Assembly: GCF_006345805.1 (NCBI RefSeq)
Contig: NC_043019.1
Location: 12,213,360-12,277,359 of the forward strand
Reading direction: 5' to 3'
From: Octopus sinensis
Lineage: Eukaryota
Length of the DNA: 64,000 bases
The position numbers and the translations under genes are program-made. A model generated the notes under the pieces. It had not been told where the DNA came from. It was given only the letters and a program-made list of their open reading frames with translations, and ran no database searches. Numbering within the stretch: the stretch's first letter is position 1; the number at the start of each line of letters is the position of its first letter. This document shows positions 26,296 through 39,325 of the stretch, piece after piece.

Positions 26296-26672
26296 AATGT
26301 GCCGGTGGCACGTAAGAGAACCATCTGAATGTGGCTGTAGCCAGCGCCGCATCGCCTGGCCTCTGTGCCGGTGGCATGTAACAAACGCCATCCGATCGTG
26401 GCCATTGCCAGCCTCGCCTGGCCTCCGTACTGGTGGCACGTAAAAAGCACCATCCAAGCATGGCCGTTCACCAACTTCGTCTGGCACCTGTGTCGGTGGC
26501 ACGTAAAAAGCACCCTCTACACTCATGGAGTGGTTGGCGTTATGAAGGGCATCCAGCTGTAGAAACTCTGCCAGATCTGACTGGGCCTGGTGCAGCCTTC
26601 GTGTTTCCCAGACCCCAGTCGAACTGTCCAACCCATGCTAGCATGGAAAGCGGACGTTAAACGATGATGATG
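26296..26672 (+). mobile_element. Family E element (RTE-like non-autonomous, (GAT)n tail, variable 5' modules)
   Basis: Several gtgccggtggcacgtaaaaagcacc modules, then ggagtggttggcgttatgaagggcatccagctgtagaaac...gcatggaaagcggacgttaaacgatgatgat. Other copies: 28075-28338, 30483-30788, 40497-40750, 43735-44290(-), 58735-58868(-), 59365-59552(-). Confidence 0.8.
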
Positions 26673-27360
26673 ATAATAATAATGGTTTCAAATTTTGGCA
26701 GACGGCCAGCAGTTTTAGTGGGAGAGGCACAGTCGGTTACATTGACCCTCGGTCCTTAATTGGTATTTACTTTATCAATCCCAGAAGCATGATAGGCACA
26801 GTTGAGCTCAAAGGTTTTTGAACTCAGAGCATAGAGTCGGATGAAATGCTGTCAAGCACCTTGTCTGACTTGCCAATGATTCTGCCGGTTCCAAATTTTG
26901 GCACAACTCCAGTAATTTTAGCAGGAGGGTGTTAGTCGATTACATTGCCCCCCCTTGTCTTGTAATCAACTGGTACCTATTTTATCGACCCTGAAAGGAT
27001 GAAATACAATGTTGACCCTGCTGGTATTTGAACGTAGAATGTAGCGAGCTAGAAGAAATGCCACCAAGCACCTTGCCTGCCGCAACAGTTATTCTGCAAT
27101 TGTATTGCCTTTCAGCATGATAATAATGATTTCAAATTTTGGTTCAGTGCCAGCAGTTTTGAAGGAAATGGATAAGTCAATTACATTGATTCTGTTGCTC
27201 ATCTAGTACTTATTTTATCGACCCCTTTGAAAGGATGAAAGGCAAAGTCAACCTCAGCAGAATTTGAAGCTGGGAAAAAATTCCACAAAGCATTTTGTCT
27301 GATATGCTAATGATTCTGCTAGTTCATTGCCTTCCATTATATTAATGATATATTAATAAT

Positions 27361-27775
27361 AGGCGGCGAGTTGGCAGAAACATTAGCACGCCGGACGAAA
27401 TGCGTAGCCGTATTTCGCTGTTGTTACGTTCCGAGTTCAAATTCCACCGAGGTCGACTTTGCCTTTCATCCTTTCGGGGTCAATAAATTAAGTACCAGTT
27501 ACGCACTCGGGTCGATGTAATCTACTTAATCCCTTTGTCTGCCCTTGTTTGTCCCCTCTGTGATAGCCCCTTGTGGGTAGTAAAGAAACATGTTTCGTCT
27601 GTCGTTACGCTCTGAGTTCAAATTCCACTGAGGTTGACTTTGCCTTTCATCCTTCCGGGGTCGATAAATTAAGTACCAGTTACACACTGGGGTCGATGTA
27701 ATCTACTTAATCCCTTTGTCTGCCCTTGTTTGTCCCCGCTGTGTTTAGCCCCTTGTGGGTAGTAAAGAAATATAT
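27361..27775 (+). mobile_element. Family A SINE with locally duplicated body
   Basis: Head at 27361; two bodies share private variants (aatctacttaatccctttgtctgccc). Confidence 0.85.
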
Positions 27776-29434
27776 ATTAATAATGGTTGCAAATTTTGGC
27801 ACTAGGCCACCAAGTTTGGTGGGGAGGGATAGGTCGATTATGCTGATTCTAATGCTTAACTAGTGTTTATTCTATTGACCCCTTGAAAGGATGAAGGGCG
27901 AGAAGTTGGAAGAAATACTGCAAAGCATTTTGTCCAGTGCCCTAATGATTCTGCTACCTCACAACTTTTCTTCACATAATAATAATAATAATAATATATA
28001 GTGTAAGCTAAAAAATAATGGAAATTGTAGTTGTGATACCGTGCACCATCCGAACGTGGCTGTTGCCACCACTGCCTTGACTGGCATCTGTGCCGGTGGC
28101 ACATAAAAAGCACCAACCAATTGTGGCCGTTGCCAGCCTCCTCTGGCCCCTGTGCTGGTGGCATGTAAAAAGCACCCACTACACTCACGGAGTGGTTGGC
28201 GTTAGGAAGGGTATCCAGCTGTAGAAACACTGCCAGATCAGACTGGAGCCTGGTGCAGCCTCCTGGCTTCCCAGACCCCGGTCGGACTGTCCAACCCATG
28301 CCAGCATGGAAAACAGACATTAAACGATGATGATGATGTTCATAGTGTAAGCTTAAAAATAATGTTTATAGGAGGAGTGACTGTGTGGTAAGTAGCTTGC
28401 TTACCAACCACATGGTTCCGGTTTCAGTCCCACTGCGTGGCATCTTGGGCAAGAGTTTTCTACTATAGCCTCGGGCCGACCAAAGCCTTGTGAGTGGATT
28501 TGGTAGACGGAAACTGAAAGAAGCCCGTCGTATATATGTGTATGTATATATAAATGTGTCTGTGTTTGTCTTTGTTTGTCCTCCCCAACATTGCTTGACA
28601 ACCGATGCTGGTGTGATTACGTCCCTGTCACTTAGTGGTTCGGCAAAAGAGACCGATAGAATAAGTACTAGGCTTACGAAGAATAAGTCCCGGGGTCGAT
28701 TTGCTCGACTAAAGGCGGTGCTCCAGCATGGCCGCAGTCAAATGACTGAAACAAGTAAAAGAGGGTAAGCTACATGAACTGAACTGTATACTGCAAAGCT
28801 AAGCAAGCATATAGGTTGCTGTATCTACTACTACTACTACTAATGATAATTTGTTTTTGATGATGGTGATGGTGAACATGTGGTAAACTCTTGTGTGTTA
28901 AGGTGCAAGAATGACAGCAATAAGTGTTATTGTAAGTGGATACATGTAGAATATCACTGCGCATTCCTTCATAGCCATCAATTCCACTACCAGCAGTATT
29001 TCGGTTATTGTCTCCACCCTTCTACCTCAACCCCCCCAGATCAACCTTTTTCTCTAGTACCCTCTCAGTCCCTTCATGCTTTCCCCCACCCCCGACAGTT
29101 TATATGTACTGTTGTAAGCAGATCTCTAAAATTTATTTTGGTGATGGTAGTGGTGGAAGTTAAGTCTGTGAGGGAGTTGCTTTTTTTTTTCTTTTTTTTT
29201 TTTTGTAATTAGTGTTTAAGAAGTTCACTTTGCAACCATGTGGTTTTCAGGTTCTGTTCCATGGCATGGCATCTAGGGCAATTGTCGTCTTGTATAGCCA
29301 CCATATACCTGAACCAGCCAGAGCCTTGTGAGTGAATTTGGTAGACGGAAACCGTGTGGAATTGTGTCATATATGTGTGTATAGGCAGAGGTGTGGCTGT
29401 GTGGTAAGAAGCTTGCCTACCAACCACATGGTTT

Positions 29435-29741
29435 GTGGAGACACATGGCCTAGTGGTTAGAGCAGTGGACTCGCGGTCGAGGGATCGCGGGTTCGAATCT
29501 CAGACCGGGCGATGTGTGTGTTTATGAGCGAAACACCTAAGCTCCACGCGGCTCCGGCAGAAGGTAATGGCGAACTTCTGCTGACTCTTTCATCACAACT
29601 TTCTCTCACACTCTTTCCTCCTGCATCTTGCAGCTCACCTGCGACGGACCAGCGTCCTGTCCAGGTGGGGAACCTATATGCCAGGGAAACTGGGAAACCG
29701 GCCCTTATGAGCCAGGCATGGCTCGAGAAGGAACAAACAAC
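29435..29741 (+). mobile_element. Family C SINE, tail variant 3, nested in a family B head
   Basis: 12-bp TSD accacatggttt (29423-29434) / accacatgattt (29742-29753); (ACAA)n tail. Confidence 0.92.
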
Positions 29742-30799
29742 ACCACATGATTTGGGGTTCAGTCCCACTTTGTGTCACCTTTGGTAAGTGCTTCTACTAT
29801 AGTCTTGGGCTGACCAAAGCCTTGTGAATGGATTTGGTTGACAGAAACTGAAAGGAGCCTATCGTAAATATGTGTGTGTGTGTGTGTGTTTGTTCCCCCT
29901 TCACCATTGCTAGTTGACAACCAGTGTGTTTACCTCCCCGTAACTTAACTCTTTGGTAAAAGAGACTTGGCAACCAGTGTTGGTTTGTTTACTCTCCCAT
30001 AGTTTAGTGGTTCAGTAATAGACTGATAGAATAAGTACCTGGGATCAATCTGGTCCTCTGAAACTATTCAAGGTGATGCCCAGTATGGTCACAATCCTGC
30101 GAATGAAACAAGGGGAAGGCAAAAGTAAAACATGTAGAATACATAGTAAAGAAAGCAAAACAATGCACATTCATAATCCAAAATAAAAAAGTGAGTGGTG
30201 AGGTGTGTGTTTATATGTGGTGGTGATGGGGAGGGATCTGGTTGACTAAAGCCCTTCCTTCAAAGCAATGCTCCAGCATGTCTGCAGTTCAGTGACGGAA
30301 ACAAATAAGAGATGTGGTGGTGTGGTAATAAGTTTGCTTCTCAACCACATGATTCTGGGTTCAGTCCCACTGCGTGGCACCCTAGTCAAGTGTCTTCTGC
30401 TGTAGCCTCAGGCCAACCAGAGCCTTGTGAGTGGATTTGGTAGACAGTAACTGAACGCAGCCCTTCATATATATATATCGTCAGGCACCTGTGTCGGTGG
30501 CACATAAGAAAACACCATCCGAGCGTGGCTGTCTGCCAGCCTCGTCTGGCACATAAAAAACACCATCCGAGCGTGGCCGTCTGCCAGCCTCGTCTGGCAC
30601 CTGTGTCGGTGGCACATAAAATCACCCACTACACTCTCGGAGTGGTTGGCGTTAGGAAGGGCATCCAGCTGTAGAAACACTGCCAGATCTGACTGGCCTG
30701 GTGCAGCCTTCAGGCTTGCCAGATCCCAGTTGAACCGTCCAACCCATGCTAGCATGGAAAGCGGACGTTAAACGATGATGATGATGATATATATATATG

Positions 30800-31144
30800 G
30801 ATTTACAACTTCAATATCCATACATATCTTGCATCTATTTTCTTTCCTCCACCTCACTCTCTATTTTGTATCACATCTAAACTAACTATGACTTAACCAT
30901 TCTCTCACATTGTCTCCGATGAAGGGATATAATTAATTAATATCCTGGAAACAGCTGTAAGACCTTCTATCTATAAATGTTCTAATATCTACACAGCTTT
31001 GGTTTTTTTTATCTCATTACGCAAAACATTCTTATATACACACGCTGACATAGAACTCCTTGTTTGCAAAACTACCAAATCTGGAACTTAACTGCGGTCT
31101 GTCTATAGCACTTACTCAGCAGTACCTGACACCATTATCTCTTA

Positions 31145-31180
<36 letters not shown>

Positions 31181-31375
31181 AAGGTGTGTACCGTTGGCGA
31201 TTTTTTTTTCCTCTGTCTTCCCTTCTCTGGATCTTTCTTTCTCCTATGTTTCCGACGAAGAGCTCCGCTCGAAATGTTAAACCCTCCTTCTTTCCTGAGC
31301 GTCCAATAATACTATATTTGTTCCACGTCTTCGCATTGTTGTGTTTTTGTGTTTTCTTGTTTGGATTAACTATAT
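30800..31375 (+). mobile_element. Two Penelope-like element terminal fragments with hammerhead-like motifs
   Basis: ccgatgaagggatat...atatcctggaaacagctgtaagac and ccgacgaagagctccgctcgaaatgttaaac, each followed by T-rich 3' sequence. No RT or GIY-YIG ORF is visible. Confidence 0.55.
30912..30963 (+). ncRNA. Minimal type I hammerhead-ribozyme-like motif (U4C variant)
   Basis: Stem I GTCT/AGAC; core CCGATGA; stem II GGGATAT/ATATCCT; GAA; palindromic stem III ACAGCTGT; GUA cleavage triplet. Confidence 0.55.
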
Positions 31376-32772
31376 ATATATGTGTGTGTGTATAAAATAT
31401 TGAACAAATAGAGCCAAGAATGAGTGCATTTAGACAGCTATTTAATAAACACTATGCATGCTTCAATACAACATAGCTCCACATATACACAGGAATTAAA
31501 TTAAGCAACAGTTTACCTGTATAATGGGATCCAGTTGTATCGCCTCAGGTGATATATAATTGCTGTCCCTCTTAGTAATTCTTTGACATTGATACTAACA
31601 CATCCAACCTAGTGGAATACACCTTAAATATATATGTGTGCGTGTGTGTGTGAGTTTTTTGTCCCCTACCACTGCTTGACAACCAGTGTTTACATTTCCG
31701 CAACCTAGTAGTTTGGCAAAAGAGACTGATATAATGAGTACTAGGCTTTAAAAAAATAAGTCCTGGGGGTCAATCTGTTCAACTAAAACCCTTCAAGGTG
31801 GTGCCCCAGTGTGACTGAGGTGAAATGATAAACAAGTAGGCGCAGGAGTGGCTGTGTGGTAAGTAGCTTGCTAACCAACCACATGGTTCCGGGTTCAGTC
31901 CCACTGCGTGGCATCTTGGGCAAGTGTCTTCTGCTATAGCCCCGGGCCGACCAATGCCTTGTGAGTGGATTTGGTAGATGGAAACTAAAAGAAGCCTGTC
32001 GTATATATATATATGTATGTGTGTGTCTGTGTTTGTCCCCCTAGCATTGCTTGACAACCGATGCTGATGTGTTTACGTCCCCGTAAACTCAGTGGTTCGG
32101 CAAAATAGACCGATAGAATAAGTACTGGGCTTACAAAAGAATAAGTCCCAGGGTCGATTTGCTCGACTAAAAGGCGGTGCTCCAGCATGGCCGCAGTCAA
32201 ATGACTGAAACAAGTAAAAGAGTAAGTAAAATGAGAAAAAAAACCCCCCCAAAAAACCACCCCTGAAAGATATGTCATCATTTTACATATGTTTACTAAA
32301 CAGGGCGAGAAATGTTTTCATTTCTAATTGTCAAATTATTAAAAAAAAAAACAACAACAATATCACAGCATTTTATTTCTTCTCATGTTCGTCTCTGATA
32401 GAGATGAGTTTCTGTGTTTCTAGGTTGTTGTGTGTGCATGTGTCTGCGGGTGTAGCTGTGCATGGGCTGGTTACATGTAGGTGTGTAGGTGTATCTGTGT
32501 CAGTTTGTTTTGTTTATTTCTCTTCCATGCTGGCATGGGTGTAGAGAGGAATATAATTTGCATATTGTTACATTATACACACACTCTTAATTTCTGGTAT
32601 TGTTTTGCTGGCTTACAGTTGCGTAGGCACATGAATACGGACATGTGCATGCATCACTCTCTTTCCCTCTCTTTCATACACGCATACACACACACACACA
32701 CACACACATGGTTACAATTACACCCTCACACTTGTACTGATAGACTGATGTACTTACATACATACATACATA

Positions 32773-33152
32773 CACTACCGTCAGAAATTAATTAGCACCC
32801 TTGATTTGCTCTTCACTCAAGGTATGTGCTGTCACCTAGTGGCCATATCTCGAACTATTGCTTTGTTGCGAGTTCACTGTTGCGCAGAACGATGACGTAA
32901 CTTTGTTTGCAGAGCAGTTTGAAAGTCTACAGCCTTATGATGTTGACATAGCAGTGCAACAACAACTTGGAGTGCGGATGCAGACAAATCTTCCTTTGTT
33001 TAATAGATATAGGTAGCGCCTCGCAAGGACCGAAATCACACCATACTAAATTTTCTCATCGCGTAAGACGTTTTGAACAGCTCATAGGTTAATTGATTTA
33101 ACCTATTTAATGTAGAAATTTGAGAAGTGCTAATTAATTTCTGACGCAAGTG
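32773..33152. mobile_element. Tc1/mariner-type MITE (380 bp)
   Basis: 26-bp TIRs CACTACCGTCAGAAATTAATTAGCAC / GTGCTAATTAATTTCTGACGCAAGTG (2 mismatches), flanked by TA on both sides. Confidence 0.88.
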
Positions 33153-33264
33153 TATATGCATATTTATAGACGTAGCCTTGTAGACTACGGGTACAGATAA
33201 ACACACACTTGCATAAAGGTGCTTACTCGCGCAAGTACATACACATATATATCTTTTATATGTG

Positions 33265-33571
33265 TGGAGGCGCAATGGCCTTGTGGTTAGGGCAGCGGAC
33301 TCGCAGTCATAGGATCGCGGTTTCGATTCTCAGACCGGGCGTTGTGAGTGTTTATTGAGCGAAAACACCCAAAGCTCCACAAGGCTCTGGCAGGGGTGGT
33401 GGCGATCCCTGCTCTACTCTTTCGCCACAACTATCTCTCACTCTTTCTTCTGTTGGCCTGCTCGCTTAGCCAGCGGGGTGGCGTCATTTGGAGGCTAAAA
33501 CAATGCGAAGCGCATTGTGACCAGCGATGTGTAGCAACATCTGATAGCCTGGTCGGTCACGTGATCACATG
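33265..33571 (+). mobile_element. Family C SINE, tail variant 1
   Basis: Head gtggaggcgcaatggcc...; tail gtgaccagcgatgtgtagcaacatctgatagcctggtcggtcacgtgat. Other copies: 163-302 (3' half), 37375-37495 (partial), 52807-53109(-), 54428-54733(-). Confidence 0.9.
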
Positions 33572-33924
33572 ATATATCTTTTATATTTTTGTTTTTTACT
33601 TGTTTCAGTCATTGGAATACAGCCATGCTGGGGCACTGCCTTGAGGAATTTTTAGTCGAATGAATCGACCCCAGTACTTATTCATTTATTTTTTTTCCGC
33701 CTGGTACTTATTTTGTCAGTTTGTTTTGCTGAATCACTAAGTTACAGGGATGTAAATAAACCAACACCAGTTGTCAAGTTGTGGTGGGGAACAGACACAA
33801 AGACACACATATAGATACATATACTTATAGGATGGACTGAAGAAATGCCGGTGCAGGTTTCTGCTCTGACATACGAAACTCGGAGTTTTATGGTGGCAAC
33901 CGAATAATTGTCACATATTATATT

Positions 33925-33961
<37 letters not shown>

Positions 33962-35283
33962 ACTTCTTTCATTTTCTGCCAACCAAATCTGCTGACAAGG
34001 CTTTGGTCAACCTGAGGCTATATCAGAATACACTTGCCCAAGGTGTGATGTGATGGGACTGAACCTGGAACCATGTGGTTGAGAAGCATACCTCTTCTCA
34101 CACAGCCACACCTGATGTTCGTGCTCTATTCCTACAAGGGTTGCATGGTTTGATAGGTTCCAATGGGTCCAAGGACTGTAAAACATATTTGTCAGAAAGG
34201 TAACACAAAGAGATTGAATGACCTAATATTTAGACATGGCCGTCCTAATGAAAATGTTCATGTGGAATGTGATTATGTTTGTCAGTGTAATTATACTCCT
34301 TCAGTTTAATTGATATGTGTTAATTGCTATTACTGCTGTTCTTGTTATGCTTTCTCCAAGGTATGTTGTTTGTGTTTACCTTACACACACACAAACCCAC
34401 TCGCCTGTACCTATCTATCTATACATATACATAATAGGCTCTGGGGTAGCTGTGTGGTCTTCCAAAGCACATTGTTTCGAGTTCAGTCCCTCTGTATCAT
34501 ACTTTGGGCAAGCGTCTTCTACTATAACCTCAGGCCAACCAAAGCCTTTTGAATGGATTTGATTGTCAGAAACTGAAAGAAGACCACACAGATTATATGT
34601 ATGCATGTATATCTGTGTACGTTAGCATCTCTTTATCTCAACATTACCTATATAAGAATAAGGCGGCGAGCTGGCAGAAACGTTAGCGTGCCGGGCAAAA
34701 TGCTTAGCGGTATTTTGTCTGTCGTTACGTTCTGAGTTCAAATTCTGCCACGGTTGACTTTGCCTTTCATTCTTTCTGGGTCGATAAATAAAGCACCAGT
34801 TTCGCACTGGGGTCGATGTAATCGACTTAATACCTATGTCTGTCCTTGTTTGTCTCCTCTATGTTTTGCCCCTTGTGGGCTGTAAAGAAATATATATAAG
34901 GATATGACAAGGGTTTGCATCAAGTGGTAAGATGTTGAGCCGGAGAAGACCCGGCCAAACCATGACAAGTGTGGAGAAACAGGTGTAAACTGGTTATGAC
35001 CCATGGACCCAACACTCATGCACATCCTCTTGCTTTAACTTCTAACATATTTGTTCAATTATTTTTAGATAAAAACCTTGTAATGCAGGTTAGGCTACCA
35101 CGTGTTACCATATCTTGTTATAAATGTCATCTCCATACAAACGCTGTCCTTCATTTCGAATCTTCCACAAAAACATATCTAATTATGAAGGAAATATTTC
35201 ATCTGACCCATGCAGGCATAGAAAAGTGGACGTTAAAATGATTATGAAGATATTATTTCAGAACATTCCACTTTTAATTGATT

Positions 35284-35617
35284 TTAACTCTTAAGCATTC
35301 AGGTTAGTGTCAAATGCAATGCTTCTTTATTCACATTATTTTGAATTAATCATGCATTACCTCGTAGCTTTGAGATTTTGATGATATGATTGTTTATTTT
35401 TAGAATGACATTGTAGGGTAGGTGTGAGAGGCTGGATCTGGCCTTTTTTTGAATTAATCATGCATTATCTCTTAGCTTTGAGATTTCAATGATGTGACTG
35501 TTTATTTTTAGAATGACATTGTAGGGTAGGTGTGAGAGGTTGGAAATGGTAATTTTGAACATAAAGCATGTAAAATATTTGGGCCAGATGTGGCTGGATC
35601 AAATGCTAAGGGGCTAA
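35284..35617. mobile_element. piggyBac-like MITE with an internal ~110-bp duplication
   Basis: Degenerate TTAA-CTCTTAAGCATT...AATGCTAAGGGG-CTAA ends; ttttgaattaatcatgcatt...gtaggtgtgagagg occurs twice. Confidence 0.55.
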
Positions 35618-36804
35618 CTACCCTTGTCAATCCTGATGAAGCAGACCACTAACAAAGGCTTCCTTGATGTGATCATGTGTCTTTTCAGAGCTCTGTAGGA
35701 CTGCATTATCTAATAGATCCCCTTTTTACCCTCTTTCAAGACAATGAAGGCACATGGCTTCATGTTGTACTCACGATCATATGGACGTGGTCTCAATTTC
35801 TGAACTACACAGCACATTGTGAGGTATACTAGCCATCTCAATATGGCTAACCACTAAGAGTGGGTGTTACTGTACCTTGTAGCCCCAGGAGAACATAGTC
35901 TCCAGCTGGCTTTAGGCACACTTTCTGTGCCCTTATGGTGTTTGCAAAGGGAGATCATCCCTCTCTCGTCAACCTAAATGATACGCACGGACTGCAGTTT
36001 CTAGGTATTGACCTGTCGTCAGCGTATGACAATCACCGGTTTTCGATGAACGGAGTCCCAATGCAAATTCTTGTAACGTTTTTCCAGTAACTTTTTGTCA
36101 CTGATCTCGAAAAACTGTACGCAAGCAATAATAAATCTATTATTGACAGCACATTGTGTTTTTTGAGTAAAACACTTCATTTTATGTTGCTCCAGTCCAC
36201 CCAGCTGTAGATGTGTTACATTAATAGCCGGGAAGTTGAACCTGCATTGGACCAGCATTCATTTGGGTGGGTATGCGGTGGTTTGTAATCTCATTCTCTT
36301 GTATGCCATGGAAACTGGATCAAGCTCCAGCTTAATGAGTCCTAGGACCTATGATATACTTTCATCTAAGTTAAGATGGTAGGTTCTGGGACTGCATAGA
36401 AGTTCCCTCTTCATGCTGTTTTCATTTCCATACTAGTAAAGTTTGATAGGTAAAGTGCTTGATAAGCTGATTAAATGCTTTTAACCATCACTGATTTGTA
36501 AGTTACTGATGGTTAGTAACTTAGTAAACGTGTAACATTTAGTTTGCTGTGACGTTAGCTGTAACCTAATTGTATTCCCAATATGGAGAAATGACCTCTT
36601 GGCTAAGTACCATTATAGATTGCTTCTGCAGCTCTCTAACTATATCTGACCCATCCACATTCTGTCTGAGGTGCAGGCATGGCTGTGTGGTTAAGAAATT
36701 CCCTTCCCAACCCTGTGATTTCAGGTTCAATCCTACAGTGTGGCACCTTGTGCCAGTGTCTTTTACTGGCTGACTAAAACCTGTGGTTGGATATCATTGA
36801 GGGA

Positions 36805-37238
36805 AGCTTCTCTGCTAGTTTCTCAACAGCTACGATGGGATTTTGTTCCACCAGGGTTTGCAGAACATTCTCATCGAGCTCTGCAGATCTTCCAGGACGA
36901 GGCTAGTTTTCTAGGCTGTAGTGTCCAGCTCAGAATTTATGGAATCACTGTTGACACTGGCTTATACTTATTGTCTGATCCCCATATACTGCATTAATAT
37001 TCCTTGCACTTTGTTGCGTTGTTGAACCCATAAAGCAAAATATGCTGAATATACTCCTTTGTCACTTCCATTATAGCTTCGAAAAAGATGACTGTTAAAA
37101 TCGAACTGCACTCTTCAAAACTTGCACTAAGAATAAGCACAAGGTGCTTTTATAGCATGTTGATGCAGGTAGTTTATCCCCTCCCCCTCTGACTTTTCAT
37201 GCAATTGAAAAAGTCGCATTATTTATGGGATGATCCAA
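36805..37238 (-). mobile_element. Mariner transposon 5' remnant (TIR + decayed transposase HTH region)
   Basis: TIR-like ttggatcatcccataaataatgcg preceded by TA. ATG at 37071 gives MEVTKEYIQHILLYGFN/..SARNINAVYGDQTISISQCQQ*FHKF*AGHYSLEN*PRPGRSAELDENVLQTLVEQNPIVAVEKLAEK, with stops and a frameshift. Confidence 0.9.
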
Positions 37239-37270
37239 TACATATTTAATGATGATATATATATATATAT

Positions 37271-38014
37271 TGGTGGTTCCCAGCCTGTGGTCTGCGGACC
37301 CCTGGTGGTCCACAAAAGTAATACTGAGGGTCTGTGAACTAAATTCAAAATTTCAAACACACACACACACATTTATAAGGGGCCTGCTTGCTTAGCCAGC
37401 AGGATGGTGTCATTTGAAGGCTAAAGCAATGCGAAGTGCATTGTGACCAGTGATGTGCAGCAACATCTGATAGCCTGGTCGGTCACGGTGATATATATAA
37501 GGATAAAGGCGGCGAGCTGGCAGAATCGTTAGCACGCCGGGTGAAATGCTTAGCAGTATTTCGTCTGTCGTTACGTTCTGAGTTCAAATTCCGCTGAGGT
37601 CGACTTTGCCTTTCATCCTTTCGGGGTCGATAAATTATGTACCAGTTACGCACTGGGGGTCGATGTAATTGACTTAATACCTATGTCTGTCCTTGTTTGT
37701 CCCCTCAATGTTTAGCCCCTTGTGGGTAATAAAGAACTAGGTATTTCGTCTGCTGTTACGTTCTGAGTTCAAATTCCACTGAGGTCGACTTTGCCTTTCA
37801 TCCTTTCGGGGTCGATAAATTATGTACCAGTTTTGCACTGGGGGTCGATGTAATTGACTTAATACCTATGTCTGTCCTTGTTTGTCCCCTCAATGTTTAG
37901 CCCCTTGTGGGCAGTAAAGAAACATATATAAGGATAAGCATATTAAAAGGGGTGCATGGGAAAATTCATTTAAATAAAAGGGGTCCTTGGTAGTTAAATG
38001 GTTGGGAACCACTG
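37271..38014. mobile_element. hAT/Charlie-like MITE interrupted by SINE C and SINE A insertions
   Basis: Ends tggtggttcccagcc (37271) and ggttgggaaccactg (38000-38014) resemble CAGTGGTTCCCAACC TIRs; no clean TSD. Confidence 0.6.
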
Positions 38015-39325
38015 ATTGGAGAGCGGACATTAAACGATGATGATGATGATGATGATGATGATGACTCTCAAGGCTGTGATTGGTGCATGGCTACTGAAGG
38101 CCCTTCCCTTTAGATTCTGGACGGTTCAACAGGAACCAAAGGGTCAGAAGATTGCACCAAGGTCCAATGACTACTTTGCTTTCCATGCTGGTATGGGTTA
38201 CGTTCTGGGTTCAAATTCCGCCGAGGTCGACTTTGCCTTTCATCCCTTCAGGGTCGATAAATTAAGTACCAGTTACGCACTGGGGTCGATATAATCGACT
38301 TAATCCGTCTGTCTGTCCTTGTTTGTCTCCTCTGTGTTTAGCCCCTTGTGGGTAGTAAAGAAATAGGTATGGGTTGGACCTAAATAAGAAATAGTTATAG
38401 TTGTTCAACTGCATGTCAGGCCCACAACTGAGCAGACCTATGACGAAAAGTGTTTCCGTTTTGATGACCATCCCTTCTTATTTATCTAGAACTACATCTT
38501 CTTCTAACATGTTCTCTCTTTTTATTTATTTAATACAGTTGGACGTGATTGTGAGTGAGATTTGGCTGGCATTTTTAGCAGGTTGACTGAGCATGTAGAG
38601 CCCTCCCCACTCTGCCCCCTCATTGGTTTGCTTGTAATTACTTGTGCTGTACTAATAGGCAGATAAGAGGGGAATAAAATACCAGACACTTAACTTCTAG
38701 AAATGTGAATTCATTTCCCTTGTTCAGTCTGTTAAGTGCTTCCGTTTGGCCTCACCAATTCTGGTGGTGGTGGTGGTGGAGAGGACAGGAGGAAGGGGTC
38801 AGTTTCTCACAGGTATTCCATAGGTTACTGGAGAGTTGGATTAAGGCTTAAGGGATCAGTTGTGCCATAGTATCTGTTGCGATGGATCTCTTCTCGGTTT
38901 CTGTGTGGTCAGAAAGATTTGATGAAAATTTTAATTTCGTCTCTGCTTCTAGATTGTACTCTGTTGCCAACACTGTTTCCTTCTACAGGAAGCTGTATTC
39001 TAATTGCTGTACTTTAATTAATTAAATAATTAATTCCTTTTTTTTTTTGTGGTTTAACCAGAGAGGAAACACCAGTAGCTGTTTGACTATTTTGGAAGGC
39101 CTCCAGGACTTGGTGGAATAAACTCCATGACTCGTAACTTTGCCTCAGAGTTGGAGAGGCCATGTGTTGAACCCCTAAGTCATAATTCTCAGTTTATTGT
39201 ACCCTTAACCCTGCCTCCTGTGACCCAGTAATTACTTTGGACTCCACAACCCTGGTCATGGATTCTGTAATAGGAAGAGTTCCAAGGTATCTAACCTCAG
39301 ACTGGAGTTGTCTTGGTCTAGAAAT

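Noticed and set aside
26296-26520. Regularly repeated gtgccggtggcac modules suggesting a CRISPR-like array
   Set aside because: The intervening sequences are homologous rather than unique spacers, the context is eukaryotic, there are no cas genes, and they are part of family E.
33831-33895. CTGAAGA...CGAAACTCGGAGTT hammerhead-like string
   Set aside because: Stem I is only about 2 bp and stem II does not close properly; not supportable.
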